From an uncultured Candidatus Saccharibacteria bacterium (GTDB taxonomy: Bacteria; Patescibacteriota; Minisyncoccia; Phycocordibacterales; UBA9973), in the NCBI GenBank assembly GCA_964645245.1, contig CAZYBS010000001.1, positions 91,388-155,387 of the forward strand: 64,000 nt of DNA, read 5' to 3'. The position numbers were made by a program, and so were the translations under genes. Under the pieces are notes generated by a model. It was given only the letters and a program-made list of their open reading frames with translations, did no database searches and had not been told where the DNA came from. Positions 16,793 to 24,931 of this stretch are shown here, piece by piece; position 1 is the first letter of the stretch; each line of letters opens with the position of its first letter.

Positions 16793-17215
16793 ATGAAACA
16801 AGAAGTTATTTTTGTCACAGCCCCCACGAGCAACCCGAATGAGGAGGCTGGTTCCCGTCAGGTCATCAATGCCTGCAATGAACTTGAGGTGGAGCTTCTG
16901 ACACGAGCCATTGAGGAGCACACACCAACGTTCAAGAGTAACAATGTGCTGGCCCTCATCACCAAGAAGGTCATTCACACCGTTCGCCATGAGTGTCCAT
17001 GTTGTTATCCCGTTCTAACGGCTCTAGTTGAAGTGACTTGTATTAATCTTCACTGGACCGAAGATCAGAGAACAGTTTCGGGACTATACAAGGTCAGTAT
17101 TGGACCCGAGGCGATGGGTGGTGGTCCCACAAAGATTACTGTGACAAAGCTCGCTGTCACAGAAACGGTGATCTTTGAAGAGGCCATCGCCGGGCATCCT
17201 CTCCGTAGAAGATAG
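16793..17215 (+). CDS. GC-rich hypothetical protein (141 aa), divergent from the TrmB paralog
   Basis: GGGAGAAAG ribosome-binding site. ~50% GC island. Contains CPCC. Followed by hairpins at 17255-17285 (gaggcgag…ctcgcctc). Confidence 0.4.
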   Translation: MKQEVIFVTAPTSNPNEEAGSRQVINACNELEVELLTRAIEEHTPTFKSNNVLALITKKVIHTVRHECPCCYPVLTALVEVTCINLHWTEDQRTVSGLYKVSIGPEAMGGGPTKITVTKLAVTETVIFEEAIAGHPLRRR

Positions 17216-17368
17216 AGGATAAAACGTAAGTCCGCGCGTCAGCCGGACACATCGAGGCGAGCTTATTTCATAACTCGCCTCAACTGTAGCAAAGTATTTG
17301 CTTTGCCTGATGAGCTCAAAAGAGCGAAACGGATTATTAGTGATATAATTAATTTAATATATTCATAC

Positions 17369-17394
17369 CAGATAGCGCCTAAGGCGCTATCTGG
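17369..17394. promoter_or_regulatory. Perfect 12-3-12 palindrome CCAGATAGCGCCtaaGGCGCTATCTGG overlapping the ribosome-binding site of the Cys-rich ORF
   Basis: Read directly from the sequence. A related palindrome occurs at 43169-43224. Confidence 0.5.
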
Positions 17395-17402
17395 AGAAAG
17401 TT

Positions 17403-19121
17403 ATGCAAAAGAACTGCAAAAATTGTAAAAAAGATTTTGAAATAGACAAGGAGGATTTGGATTTTTACGAGAAAATGAAAGCGCTGGCGCCAAATTATTG
17501 CCCGCCCTGCCGAATGGCGCGCCGGCTTTGCTTTCGCAACGAAAGGACTTTGTATAAAAGAACTTGCAGTAAAAGTGGAAAGCAAGTAATTTCTATCTAT
17601 CCGGAAAACACTCCCTTCCCCGTCTACGACCAGCATGTTTGGTGGGGCGATGAATGGGATGCGATAGATTACGGACAGGATTATAAACCCAATCGCTCAT
17701 TTTTTGAACAATTTTTAGAACTAAAAAATAAAGTTCCAAGAATTTCGCTTCTTAATATAAACTCAGTAAATAGCGAATATTGCAACAACGTTGAGGACCA
17801 TAAAAATTGCTATTTAGTCTTTGCCGCCCAATTAAATGAAGACTGCATGTACGGGCGATTGATGTACAGGAATAAATTTGCCGTTGATTCCGATTTTATC
17901 CAGGATTCCGAGCTTTGCTATGAATGCATAGACTCTCGCAAATGCCACAAATGCCTATACTCGGAAAATTGCGAAGCCTGCATTGACCTCCTGTTTTGCT
18001 TTGATATGCGCGACTGCCAGAATTGCATATTTTCCACCAATTTGAGGCATAAAAAATATCATATTTTTAACCAGCCAGTCTCTAAAGAAGAATATGAGCA
18101 AAAGAAAAAAGAAATTTTCTCTTCTTATGCAAAATTGGAGGAGGCCGAAAAAGAATTTGAGGACTTGAAAAAGCTTGGGCTGGTGAAATTTTCCCACCAG
18201 GTAAAATGCAAAAATGCTACCGGCGATTATATGTACAATTGCCACGACGTGGTACGAGGCTTTGACACAGAAGATGCGAAAAATTGCAAATATGTTGCCG
18301 ATGCCGAAGGCCCAATTGATTCCTATGACCTGAACAATACTTACTATAAACCAGAACTGTGTTTAGACTCAATGGGCATGCTACAAACGTATAATGTTAA
18401 ACACTGCGCATATACTCTATACTCAAGCAACTCGGAATATTGCGACAGTTTGAATAATTCCGACAGCTGTTTCGGCTGTGTCGGATTGAAAAAGAAAAAG
18501 TATTGTATTTTGAATAAGCAATATAGCAAAGAAGAGTATGAAAAACTAAAGGAGCAGATTATAGAAAGCATGAAGAAAGAGGGTGTGTATGGAGATTTTT
18601 CACCACCTTCACTTTCTCCTTTCGGTTACAACGAAACCTTAGCAATGGAATATTTTCCGATGAGTGAAAAAGAAGCCAAGGAAAAGAATTTTAATTGGCA
18701 AAAAGAAACAAGCGGCACATACGGCAAGGAAACTATTAAAGAAGAAAATATGCCGCAAACTATCGAAGAGGTTACGGAAGACCCGCCTGACGGACGGGCA
18801 GGCATTTTAAATCAAGTATTGGTCTGCAAAGACTGCAAAAAGAATTTCCGCATCACCAAGTCCGAATTTGATTTTTATAAGAGGATGAATATCCCCCTCC
18901 CCCATAAAGATTTCGAGTGCCGGCATCAGGACCGAATGAAAAAGCGCAATCCCCGCCAGCTTTGGCGCCGCGCTTGTATGTGTGGTTCGGCAGGCTCACC
19001 ACAGGCGACTGCAAATCACGGCCATGAAGGTAAATGCTTGAATGAATTCGAAACCTCCTATTCTCCTGACCGCCCGGAGACAGTCTATTGCGAAACCTGC
19101 TACCAGCAGGAAGTTTCTTAA
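17403..19121 (+). CDS. Cys-rich multi-zinc-ribbon protein, hypothetical
   Basis: 572 aa. N-terminal CKNCKK…CPPC and C-terminal CKDCKK…C.H ribbons. More than 12 internal CxxC / C-x-C pairs at ~11-17-aa spacing. No family recognised. Confidence 0.55.
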   Translation: MQKNCKNCKKDFEIDKEDLDFYEKMKALAPNYCPPCRMARRLCFRNERTLYKRTCSKSGKQVISIYPENTPFPVYDQHVWWGDEWDAIDYGQDYKPNRSFFEQFLELKNKVPRISLLNINSVNSEYCNNVEDHKNCYLVFAAQLNEDCMYGRLMYRNKFAVDSDFIQDSELCYECIDSRKCHKCLYSENCEACIDLLFCFDMRDCQNCIFSTNLRHKKYHIFNQPVSKEEYEQKKKEIFSSYAKLEEAEKEFEDLKKLGLVKFSHQVKCKNATGDYMYNCHDVVRGFDTEDAKNCKYVADAEGPIDSYDLNNTYYKPELCLDSMGMLQTYNVKHCAYTLYSSNSEYCDSLNNSDSCFGCVGLKKKKYCILNKQYSKEEYEKLKEQIIESMKKEGVYGDFSPPSLSPFGYNETLAMEYFPMSEKEAKEKNFNWQKETSGTYGKETIKEENMPQTIEEVTEDPPDGRAGILNQVLVCKDCKKNFRITKSEFDFYKRMNIPLPHKDFECRHQDRMKKRNPRQLWRRACMCGSAGSPQATANHGHEGKCLNEFETSYSPDRPETVYCETCYQQEVS

Positions 19122-19234
19122 AGTTTTTAAAATGAAACTTTTGAAGGGGTTTCGAGGCTGGCGAGCCGAGAACTTCAGGATTTTTTAAGCTTCAAAAAAT
19201 CCGTACCGGAAAAAGTTTGTATTTTAAAAACTTA

Positions 19235-20932
19235 TTATTTCCTCACTCCATGCTTAACGTGCAGCTTTTCTATCTCCTCTTCTTCTAGTTCTTCCTTTTT
19301 CTCTTTTCCGCGTTCGCCCAGAGCTCGGAGCTCGGCATCACCAAGCATATTTAGAGATTTAGCCAGTTCGGAGAGGTGTTCCACGGTATTTTTCTCCGGC
19401 GCATCCAACACTTCTTCTAAGAGCGCGTGCAGAATCCAGCCCATTCTGGGTCCCGGCGCAATTTTCAATTCTTTCATCATAAATTCCCCGTTAATTTTCA
19501 GCTGACCGACAGAAATCGGGTCACGCAGCGCTTCTTCTATCATCGCAAAATATTTCCGCAGGCGATAGGGCGCTTCTTTTTTCTTCATGCCAACCCTATC
19601 ACACTCACGCACGCTCATTAGGAGCCAAATATTTTCTACACCTACTTTGGTAATAATTCTGCGCACCGCGGAAAGCGTTATTAATTCCGTATCGGAAAAA
19701 AACATATGATTGCGCACAAGCTTGGATACTAATTCAATTTCCTTTCTGGGAAATTTTAATCTTTCCATTATTTTTTTCGCCATTCGCGCGCCGATAACTT
19801 CATGGCCGTAAAAAGTATATTTCTTTTTAGTAGCTCCGCCAGTAAACAATTTATCAGGTCCTCGGAAAAAATCCCCAGACCGTGCTAAATTGTTCACCGG
19901 CTTCGCTACTTGGGCGGAGTTTGGGTGCTTTTGTGAAGGACCGACGTTGCGAAGCAGGAGATCCTGAGCAGAAGCACCAGACGATGCCAGTCTTCGTGTT
20001 CTGGGCTTCCCAATATCGTGCATCAGCGCGGCCAGTCTGATTTCAAGCGGCCAATTTTTATCTGCGGCATGCTGTACTGCGTGAAGTAAATGGTCCCAGA
20101 CATCATAAATATGTTCACCCAACTGCTTGCAACCTATCCCCTCCTCCAGTTCCGGAATAATATTTTTCAACAGTCCAAATTTTTGTAGCATTACAATTCC
20201 CATGGCAGGATTTGGCGACATAATTATTTTTACCAATTCATCACGAATCCTTTCGGCGGATATTTCTTCTATTAAGCTTGAATTCTTTAAAATATTCTCC
20301 GAAGTTTCATATGACACAGAAAAATTAAGTTGGCAAGCGAAGCGTACAGCCCGTATCATTCTCAAAGCATCTTCTTCAAAACGATCATTCGGAACCCCTA
20401 CCGCTCTTAAAGTTTTATTTTCAATGTCCTTTAGACCTCCATATAAATCTACCAAGTGTCCGTTAGGATGTCCTTTATGAATGCTGAATGCCATGGCATT
20501 TACAGTGAAATCACGTCTTTTAAGGTCATCTTCTAACTTATCACTGAATTTAACCTCATCCGGATGCCTAAAATCACCATATTTTGCTTCAATCCTGTAA
20601 GGAGTGACCTCAACAACAAAATTGGGTTCTAGGTTAGAGGTTCTAGGTTCTAGTGTTTCTTGTGAAACATTATTCTGTGACATTTCACGTGGAACTATGA
20701 CCCCTACAGTACCAAAAGCATTCTCGTAGACCGTCTTTTCGAAAAGACTAATAATTTGTTCTGGTTTAGCATTTGTTGTAACATCCCAATCTTTGGGTTC
20801 TATCCCCATCAAAAGATCACGAACACAGCCGCCAACTAGATAGGCTTCAAAACCGGCTTTCTCGAGTATATCCGTTACATGTGAAACCTCTTTGGGTATT
20901 TTTGGTATTAAATTTTTAGTATTTGGTTCCAC
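19235..20932 (-). CDS. cca: CCA-adding enzyme / tRNA nucleotidyltransferase with HD domain, carrying repeat-encoded inserts
   Basis: Pol-beta-type head (LVGGCVRDLLMG…DWDV) and an HD domain (LAALMHDIGKP). In-frame CTAGAACC-type and GACGTTGCGAAGCAGGAGATCCTGAG repeat copies. Confidence 0.8.
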   Translation of the reverse strand: MEPNTKNLIPKIPKEVSHVTDILEKAGFEAYLVGGCVRDLLMGIEPKDWDVTTNAKPEQIISLFEKTVYENAFGTVGVIVPREMSQNNVSQETLEPRTSNLEPNFVVEVTPYRIEAKYGDFRHPDEVKFSDKLEDDLKRRDFTVNAMAFSIHKGHPNGHLVDLYGGLKDIENKTLRAVGVPNDRFEEDALRMIRAVRFACQLNFSVSYETSENILKNSSLIEEISAERIRDELVKIIMSPNPAMGIVMLQKFGLLKNIIPELEEGIGCKQLGEHIYDVWDHLLHAVQHAADKNWPLEIRLAALMHDIGKPRTRRLASSGASAQDLLLRNVGPSQKHPNSAQVAKPVNNLARSGDFFRGPDKLFTGGATKKKYTFYGHEVIGARMAKKIMERLKFPRKEIELVSKLVRNHMFFSDTELITLSAVRRIITKVGVENIWLLMSVRECDRVGMKKKEAPYRLRKYFAMIEEALRDPISVGQLKINGEFMMKELKIAPGPRMGWILHALLEEVLDAPEKNTVEHLSELAKSLNMLGDAELRALGERGKEKKEELEEEEIEKLHVKHGVRK

Positions 20933-20934
20933 TT

Positions 20935-21447
20935 TTATTTTGTGCGCCCGGCAGGAATCGAACCCACATCACTCGTTCCGAAGACGAGCACTCTATCCGT
21001 TGAGCTACGGGCGCTTTTATTTTTAAACCAATTAAATACTTGTGCTGTTTTTCTTCTATGACAATTAGCACATCGAACTTCACACTTGTCAATTTCCTTC
21101 TGAATTTTATCAATAGGAAAGTGTGCCCTAGCTAATTGAGAAACTGCCTTCAATTTTGGAACTATTCCCTTATGATCAAATTCCAAAACTGTAACATCTG
21201 ATTCACCACAGTCAACACAAGGGTTTTTTAATAAATGCTGACACAAAAACACATTTACCTTGTCACGTAAGGTTTTATTACGTTTTCTGGCTTTCAATAA
21301 ATAATATTGACGATTACTATTATAATGGTTTCTAATTAATAAGCGAGTACACTCTTTGCATTGTCGATGTCTTAACCCTGTAGCTTTTATTTTAAAGCTA
21401 AATTCACTGAGCGATTTTTCCTTTTTACACTTAGAACATTTTTTCAT
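20935..21447 (-). CDS. HNH endonuclease with an N-terminal zinc ribbon; the ORF reads through tRNA-Arg on the same strand
   Basis: CVDCGESDVTVLEFDHKGIVPKLKAVSQLARAHFPIDKIQKEIDKCEVRCANCHRRKT is a canonical HNH (ββα-Me) motif. The last ~25 codons are encoded by the tRNA gene. Confidence 0.55.
   Translation of the reverse strand: MKKCSKCKKEKSLSEFSFKIKATGLRHRQCKECTRLLIRNHYNSNRQYYLLKARKRNKTLRDKVNVFLCQHLLKNPCVDCGESDVTVLEFDHKGIVPKLKAVSQLARAHFPIDKIQKEIDKCEVRCANCHRRKTAQVFNWFKNKSARSSTDRVLVFGTSDVGSIPAGRTK
20942..21013 (-). tRNA. tRNA-Arg (anticodon UCG), no encoded CCA
   Basis: Manually folded: acceptor GCGCCCG/CGGGCGC, anticodon stem CTCGT/ACGAG, loop CTTCGGA, T-loop TTCGATT. Confidence 0.7.
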
Positions 21448-21547
21448 TACGGATACATTTTATCACATATAGTTTCGGAAAACAAGAAAATTCCGAAGAT
21501 GTTTATTGCATAAATAATGTGGAAATAATATAATAGGTCAGCTTATC

Positions 21548-21618
21548 GCGGTCATAGTTTAGTGGCAGAACACGATCTTGCCAAGATTGAGGCGCGGTTT
21601 CGATTACCGCTGGCCGCA
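21548..21618 (+). tRNA. tRNA-Gly (anticodon GCC), no encoded CCA
   Basis: Acceptor GCGGTCA/TGGCCGC (one G·U pair), anticodon stem CGATC/GATTG, loop TTGCCAA, T-arm GCGGT-TTCGATT-ACCGC. Confidence 0.75.
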
Positions 21619-21855
21619 CAAAAGTAATGTCCATTATCAAAAATGCTAATCCCTATAAATTAAGGATATTATAGCTAAAAATGTGGATAACTATGTTGGT
21701 AATGTTTATAAAGGACATTAAGATAACTTGTCTTTTACAACTTTTTTATATAAAATATGTTGATAAATAAGGATATATTAATAAAAGACATAAAATTAAG
21801 TATAAAGTTTCACATGAAACATATTTGATTATGTTATTCGTGAAACACACCAAAT

Positions 21856-22266
21856 ATGCCTAAAGTATTTACATCAGAGAAACAAAAAATAGGAGAAATT
21901 GGTGAAAATATAGCCGTAAAGTTTCTCGTGAAACAGGGCTTTTCAATATTAGATCGAAATTATACTAAAAAATGGGGTGAAATAGACATTATAGCTGAAA
22001 AAGATAATAAATTATATTTCATTGAAGTTAAGTCTGTATCAAGGTTGAACCTTGACGACGTTTCACAAGAAACGTTGGACCAATACAATCCGGAAGATAA
22101 TATGCACCCCTGGAAATTAAAAAGGCTCTCAAGGACAATTCAAACTTATCTCTTATCTAGGAATGTCCCTGAAGAAAAAGAATGGCAATTTGACCTTTTG
22201 ATTGTCTTTTTGAGTCTAAAGGACAAAAATGCCAAAATCAAAGTAGTCAAGGATATAATTTTGTGA
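21856..22266 (+). CDS. yraN: YraN-family (UPF0102) predicted endonuclease
   Basis: GEIGENIAVKFLVKQGFSILDRNYTKKWGEIDIIAEKDNKLYFIEVKSV matches the UPF0102 core. Confidence 0.65.
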   Translation: MPKVFTSEKQKIGEIGENIAVKFLVKQGFSILDRNYTKKWGEIDIIAEKDNKLYFIEVKSVSRLNLDDVSQETLDQYNPEDNMHPWKLKRLSRTIQTYLLSRNVPEEKEWQFDLLIVFLSLKDKNAKIKVVKDIIL

Positions 22267-22315
22267 CCCATTCGACAGGCTCAGGGTCATGGTGAATAAA
22301 ATTGAACCATGATAT
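22263..22315. repeat. Repeated hairpin element (gacccattc…GGGTCATGGTGA-loop-GAACCATGA), copy 1
   Basis: Nearly identical to 32137-32190. 8-bp stem TCATGGT/ACCATGA with a 12-nt loop. Confidence 0.55.
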
Positions 22316-22332
22316 ACTCCAAAATATTTTGA

Positions 22333-22403
22333 CGGGCCGTAGTATACCGGTAGTACAAGTGCTTTGGGAGCATTTAGACTGGGTTCAATTCCCAGCGGCC
22401 CGA
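22333..22403 (+). tRNA. tRNA-Pro (anticodon GGG) with a C1:G72 pair, no encoded CCA
   Basis: Acceptor CGGGCCG/CGGCCCG, U8, anticodon stem GTGCT/AGCAT, loop TTGGGAG, T-arm CTGGG-TTCAATT-CCCAG. Confidence 0.7.
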
Positions 22404-22417
22404 ACGTTATTTGATTT

Positions 22418-22488
22418 GCGGGATTAGTTTAGTGGTAAAACGTCAGTTTTCCAAACTGAGGTTGGGAGTTCGATTCTCCCATCCCGCA
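22418..22488 (+). tRNA. tRNA-Gly (anticodon UCC), no encoded CCA
   Basis: Acceptor GCGGGAT/ATCCCGC, anticodon stem TCAGT/ACTGA, loop TTTCCAA, T-arm GGGAG-TTCGATT-CTCCC. Confidence 0.8.
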
Positions 22489-22545
22489 CAAATTTTTATT
22501 TGACTAAAATCTTCAGAGTTGTAGTATTTAACTGGAGGCACACCA

Positions 22546-22665
22546 TGTCACAGCAATTGACCGATGAGGAACAGATGGCGCGATCGGGTCCCATTGTGGG
22601 ACTTGTGATCCTCGTCGGTATCGGGCTGCTTCTCTGGGGCGCTTGGGTCGCATGGACCCGCTGAT
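22546..22665 (+). CDS. GC-rich micro-ORF (39 aa) encoding a single-TM peptide, hypothetical
   Basis: GGAGG ribosome-binding site 7 nt upstream. MSQQLTDEEQMARSGPIVGLVILVGIGLLLWGAWVAWTR. Followed by hairpin gggcggg…ccccgccc and a T-run at 22672-22730. Too short to appear in the ORF track. Confidence 0.3.
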
Positions 22666-22750
22666 GTGGCGAAGAAAGAACGAGGGCGGGAAGTCGAAAA
22701 ATATCTCGACACACCCCGCCCTCAAGCTTTTTAAAATCAAAAAATAATTT

Positions 22751-23500
22751 ATGATCACAACATACATTTATGCTCTCATAAGCGTCATAATAGTTAGCTT
22801 AGTGTCATTGGTTGGAGTTTTTGCGCTTTCTTTAAAAGAAGAAATTTTAAGAAAATATATTTTCATTTTTATCAGTTTAGCTGTTGGCGCGCTTTTGGGA
22901 GACGCTTTCATTCATCTCATTCCCAAGGCTTTAGAAAATTCCCCGAACATTAGCCTAACTAGCACGCTTATTATCACTGGCATTCTGATTTTTTTTATTT
23001 TGGAAAAATTTCTGCACTGGCACCATCACGGAGAGGATAAGGAAGAAACACATATTCATCCAGTCGGGAAATTAGTGCTCTTTTCGGATGGCGTGCACAA
23101 CTTTATTGACGGCATGATCATCGGAGCAAGTTTTATTCTAAGCATCCCGATAGGCATCGCCACGACTATAGCCGTAATCCTGCATGAAATCCCTCAAGAA
23201 ATAGGGGACTTTGCGGTGCTCCTGCATTCCGGTTATTCAAAAACGCGCGCATTATGGCTAAACTTTCTTTCGGCGCTCCTCGCAGTTTTGGGACTTTTTG
23301 TTCTTTCTATCTTAAATCAAACAGAACGAGTTGTAACTCTATATTTTCTGCCAATCGCCGCTGGAGGATTTATTTATATTGCATTGGCTGACTTAATACC
23401 TGAACTGCATAAGACAAAGGAAATAAAATATTCCGTCTTGCAACTCCTGGCAGTCATAATTGGAGTCTTGGCAATGTTTGCTTTGACTTTACTTGAATAA
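22751..23500 (+). CDS. ZIP-family divalent metal transporter (ZupT-like)
   Basis: His-rich loop (HWHHHGEDKEETHIHP) and HEIPQEIGDFAVL, the ZIP signature. Confidence 0.8.
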   Translation: MITTYIYALISVIIVSLVSLVGVFALSLKEEILRKYIFIFISLAVGALLGDAFIHLIPKALENSPNISLTSTLIITGILIFFILEKFLHWHHHGEDKEETHIHPVGKLVLFSDGVHNFIDGMIIGASFILSIPIGIATTIAVILHEIPQEIGDFAVLLHSGYSKTRALWLNFLSALLAVLGLFVLSILNQTERVVTLYFLPIAAGGFIYIALADLIPELHKTKEIKYSVLQLLAVIIGVLAMFALTLLE

Positions 23501-23560
23501 TCAGGTTCTGGTTTCCAGTTTCGAGGTTCTAGTCACTGGCACCTAGTTACTAGCAACTGA

Positions 23561-24709
23561 TTAGTTGGCCCAAGACCAGCTAGCACCTGGATTTCTGGCA
23601 TTGAAAACTTCAAAGTGAAGATGCGGGCCGGTGGAGCGCCCCGTAGAACCGACATAACCAATTACCTCGCCTCGAGATACTTCCGCGCCGGTGCGTGTGC
23701 CAAGTTTGGACATATGCGCATAAAGAGTTTTTGTGCCATTAGGATGTTGGATGATGGCTATATTCCCATAACCTCCGCTCCAACCAGCCTTGGCGATAAG
23801 CACCGTACCGGGTGCTGATGCGTAAATTAAAGTACCTTTGGGCGCACCGATATCTATCCCTCGATGCCCTGGACCATGAAGGCCTTGAGTCTTGCGTCCG
23901 GTCGGCACCGGATTAATAAAATACCCAATAATATCTTGTATCGGATTATTTTCATAATATTTCTTGTCTCTGGCCAGAGCCGATGCTAAGTTCGGCGCGG
24001 GTTTATCGCCCCCTTCATCGGCCATTTCACCGCCCGGAACCATGAGTTTGTCACCAATTGCAAGTTTAGCGTCCGGTGTAAGGCCATTATAAAAAGCGAT
24101 GTCATTTATATCTACTTTATAAAGTTTGGCAATGCTCTTGATTGTTTGCCCCTTGGTAACAGTGTGTTCAAGGCCGGAAATAGGCAAAATGAAAAGCACG
24201 TCGCCCTCTATCAGCTTATCACTCTTTTTCATATCATTGGCTGCCAGAATAGTGTTTACCGAAACTCCGAACATATTAGCGATGGCGGATAGGGAATCTC
24301 CTTTTCTGACCACGTAAACACTTGTCTCTCCGGAAGAAGAGTCTAGGGTGTCTTTCCCGTCTGAAATTCCCATTGGACCGGTTGCCGGAAGCATAGCATT
24401 ATCAGAAATGATATTTATATTCGCATTTTCATTAATAATATCGTCTTTCTTATTGTCTTTTTTATCATTTTTAGCTTGAAAGACTGAAGCAGAGGAAACG
24501 TTAGCCTGAAGAAGCGACATGGTTTGTGAGTTTTGCTGTATGTTTTTATTGGACTGAATTTCTTCAGTGACTTCTGCATGGGCTTGGTCGCCTAAAATTG
24601 AGGAGAAAAATCCCGCTTTCGCTTGTAGGGGCATAGACAACAAAAAAACCGCCCCAAATAACAGGGAAAAGGCCGGAGCAGAACTGTATATTTTAGGTAA
24701 AGTTCTCAT
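23561..24709 (-). CDS. Secreted M23-family metallopeptidase with two LysM domains
   Basis: LysM repeats (YVVRKGDSLSAIANMFGVSVNTILAAND… and HTVTKGQTIKSIAKLYKVDINDIAFYNG…). M23 motifs HRGIDIGAP and GSTGRSTGPHLHFEV. Confidence 0.8.
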   Translation of the reverse strand: MRTLPKIYSSAPAFSLLFGAVFLLSMPLQAKAGFFSSILGDQAHAEVTEEIQSNKNIQQNSQTMSLLQANVSSASVFQAKNDKKDNKKDDIINENANINIISDNAMLPATGPMGISDGKDTLDSSSGETSVYVVRKGDSLSAIANMFGVSVNTILAANDMKKSDKLIEGDVLFILPISGLEHTVTKGQTIKSIAKLYKVDINDIAFYNGLTPDAKLAIGDKLMVPGGEMADEGGDKPAPNLASALARDKKYYENNPIQDIIGYFINPVPTGRKTQGLHGPGHRGIDIGAPKGTLIYASAPGTVLIAKAGWSGGYGNIAIIQHPNGTKTLYAHMSKLGTRTGAEVSRGEVIGYVGSTGRSTGPHLHFEVFNARNPGASWSWAN

Positions 24710-24931
24710 GATATACCATCGCCTCTGATTTCAACCATTTTCTATCGCAACTGCTCTCAAAAGGTACTTCCATAGGGTAGCCTAAAACAGGCCAAAAGTC
24801 AATCGTGGTGGGGAAAACTATTTTGATGATATTTCGTCAAAAATTTGACAAAACAAGTGAGAAAGCGTATAATTGGAGTACTTTTGAATAAAAATTAGTA
24901 TAAAAAGTTAAAGAATATATAATACAAATAT

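Noticed and set aside
16733-16990. 85-aa minus-strand ORF opposite the GC-rich 16793 ORF.
   Set aside because: Antisense artefact of the GC-rich island. No ribosome-binding site.
20916-21113. 65-aa minus-strand ORF spanning tRNA-Arg.
   Set aside because: It is essentially a translation of the tRNA gene. The longer HNH ORF in another frame explains the upstream part.
21620-21855. AT-rich spacer with a perfect DnaA box (TGTGGATAA at 21682) and a GTTTCACATGAAAC palindrome, considered as an alternative origin.
   Set aside because: A single box. The canonical dnaA-dnaN / rpmH synteny 27 kb away is a much stronger origin candidate. Kept only as a note under the oriC finding.
22496-22767. Two minus-strand ORFs (72 and 79 aa) overlapping the tRNA-Gly end and the 39-aa GC-rich micro-ORF.
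   Set aside because: They overlap a tRNA gene and sit opposite a ribosome-binding-site-bearing micro-ORF. The translations are non-protein-like.
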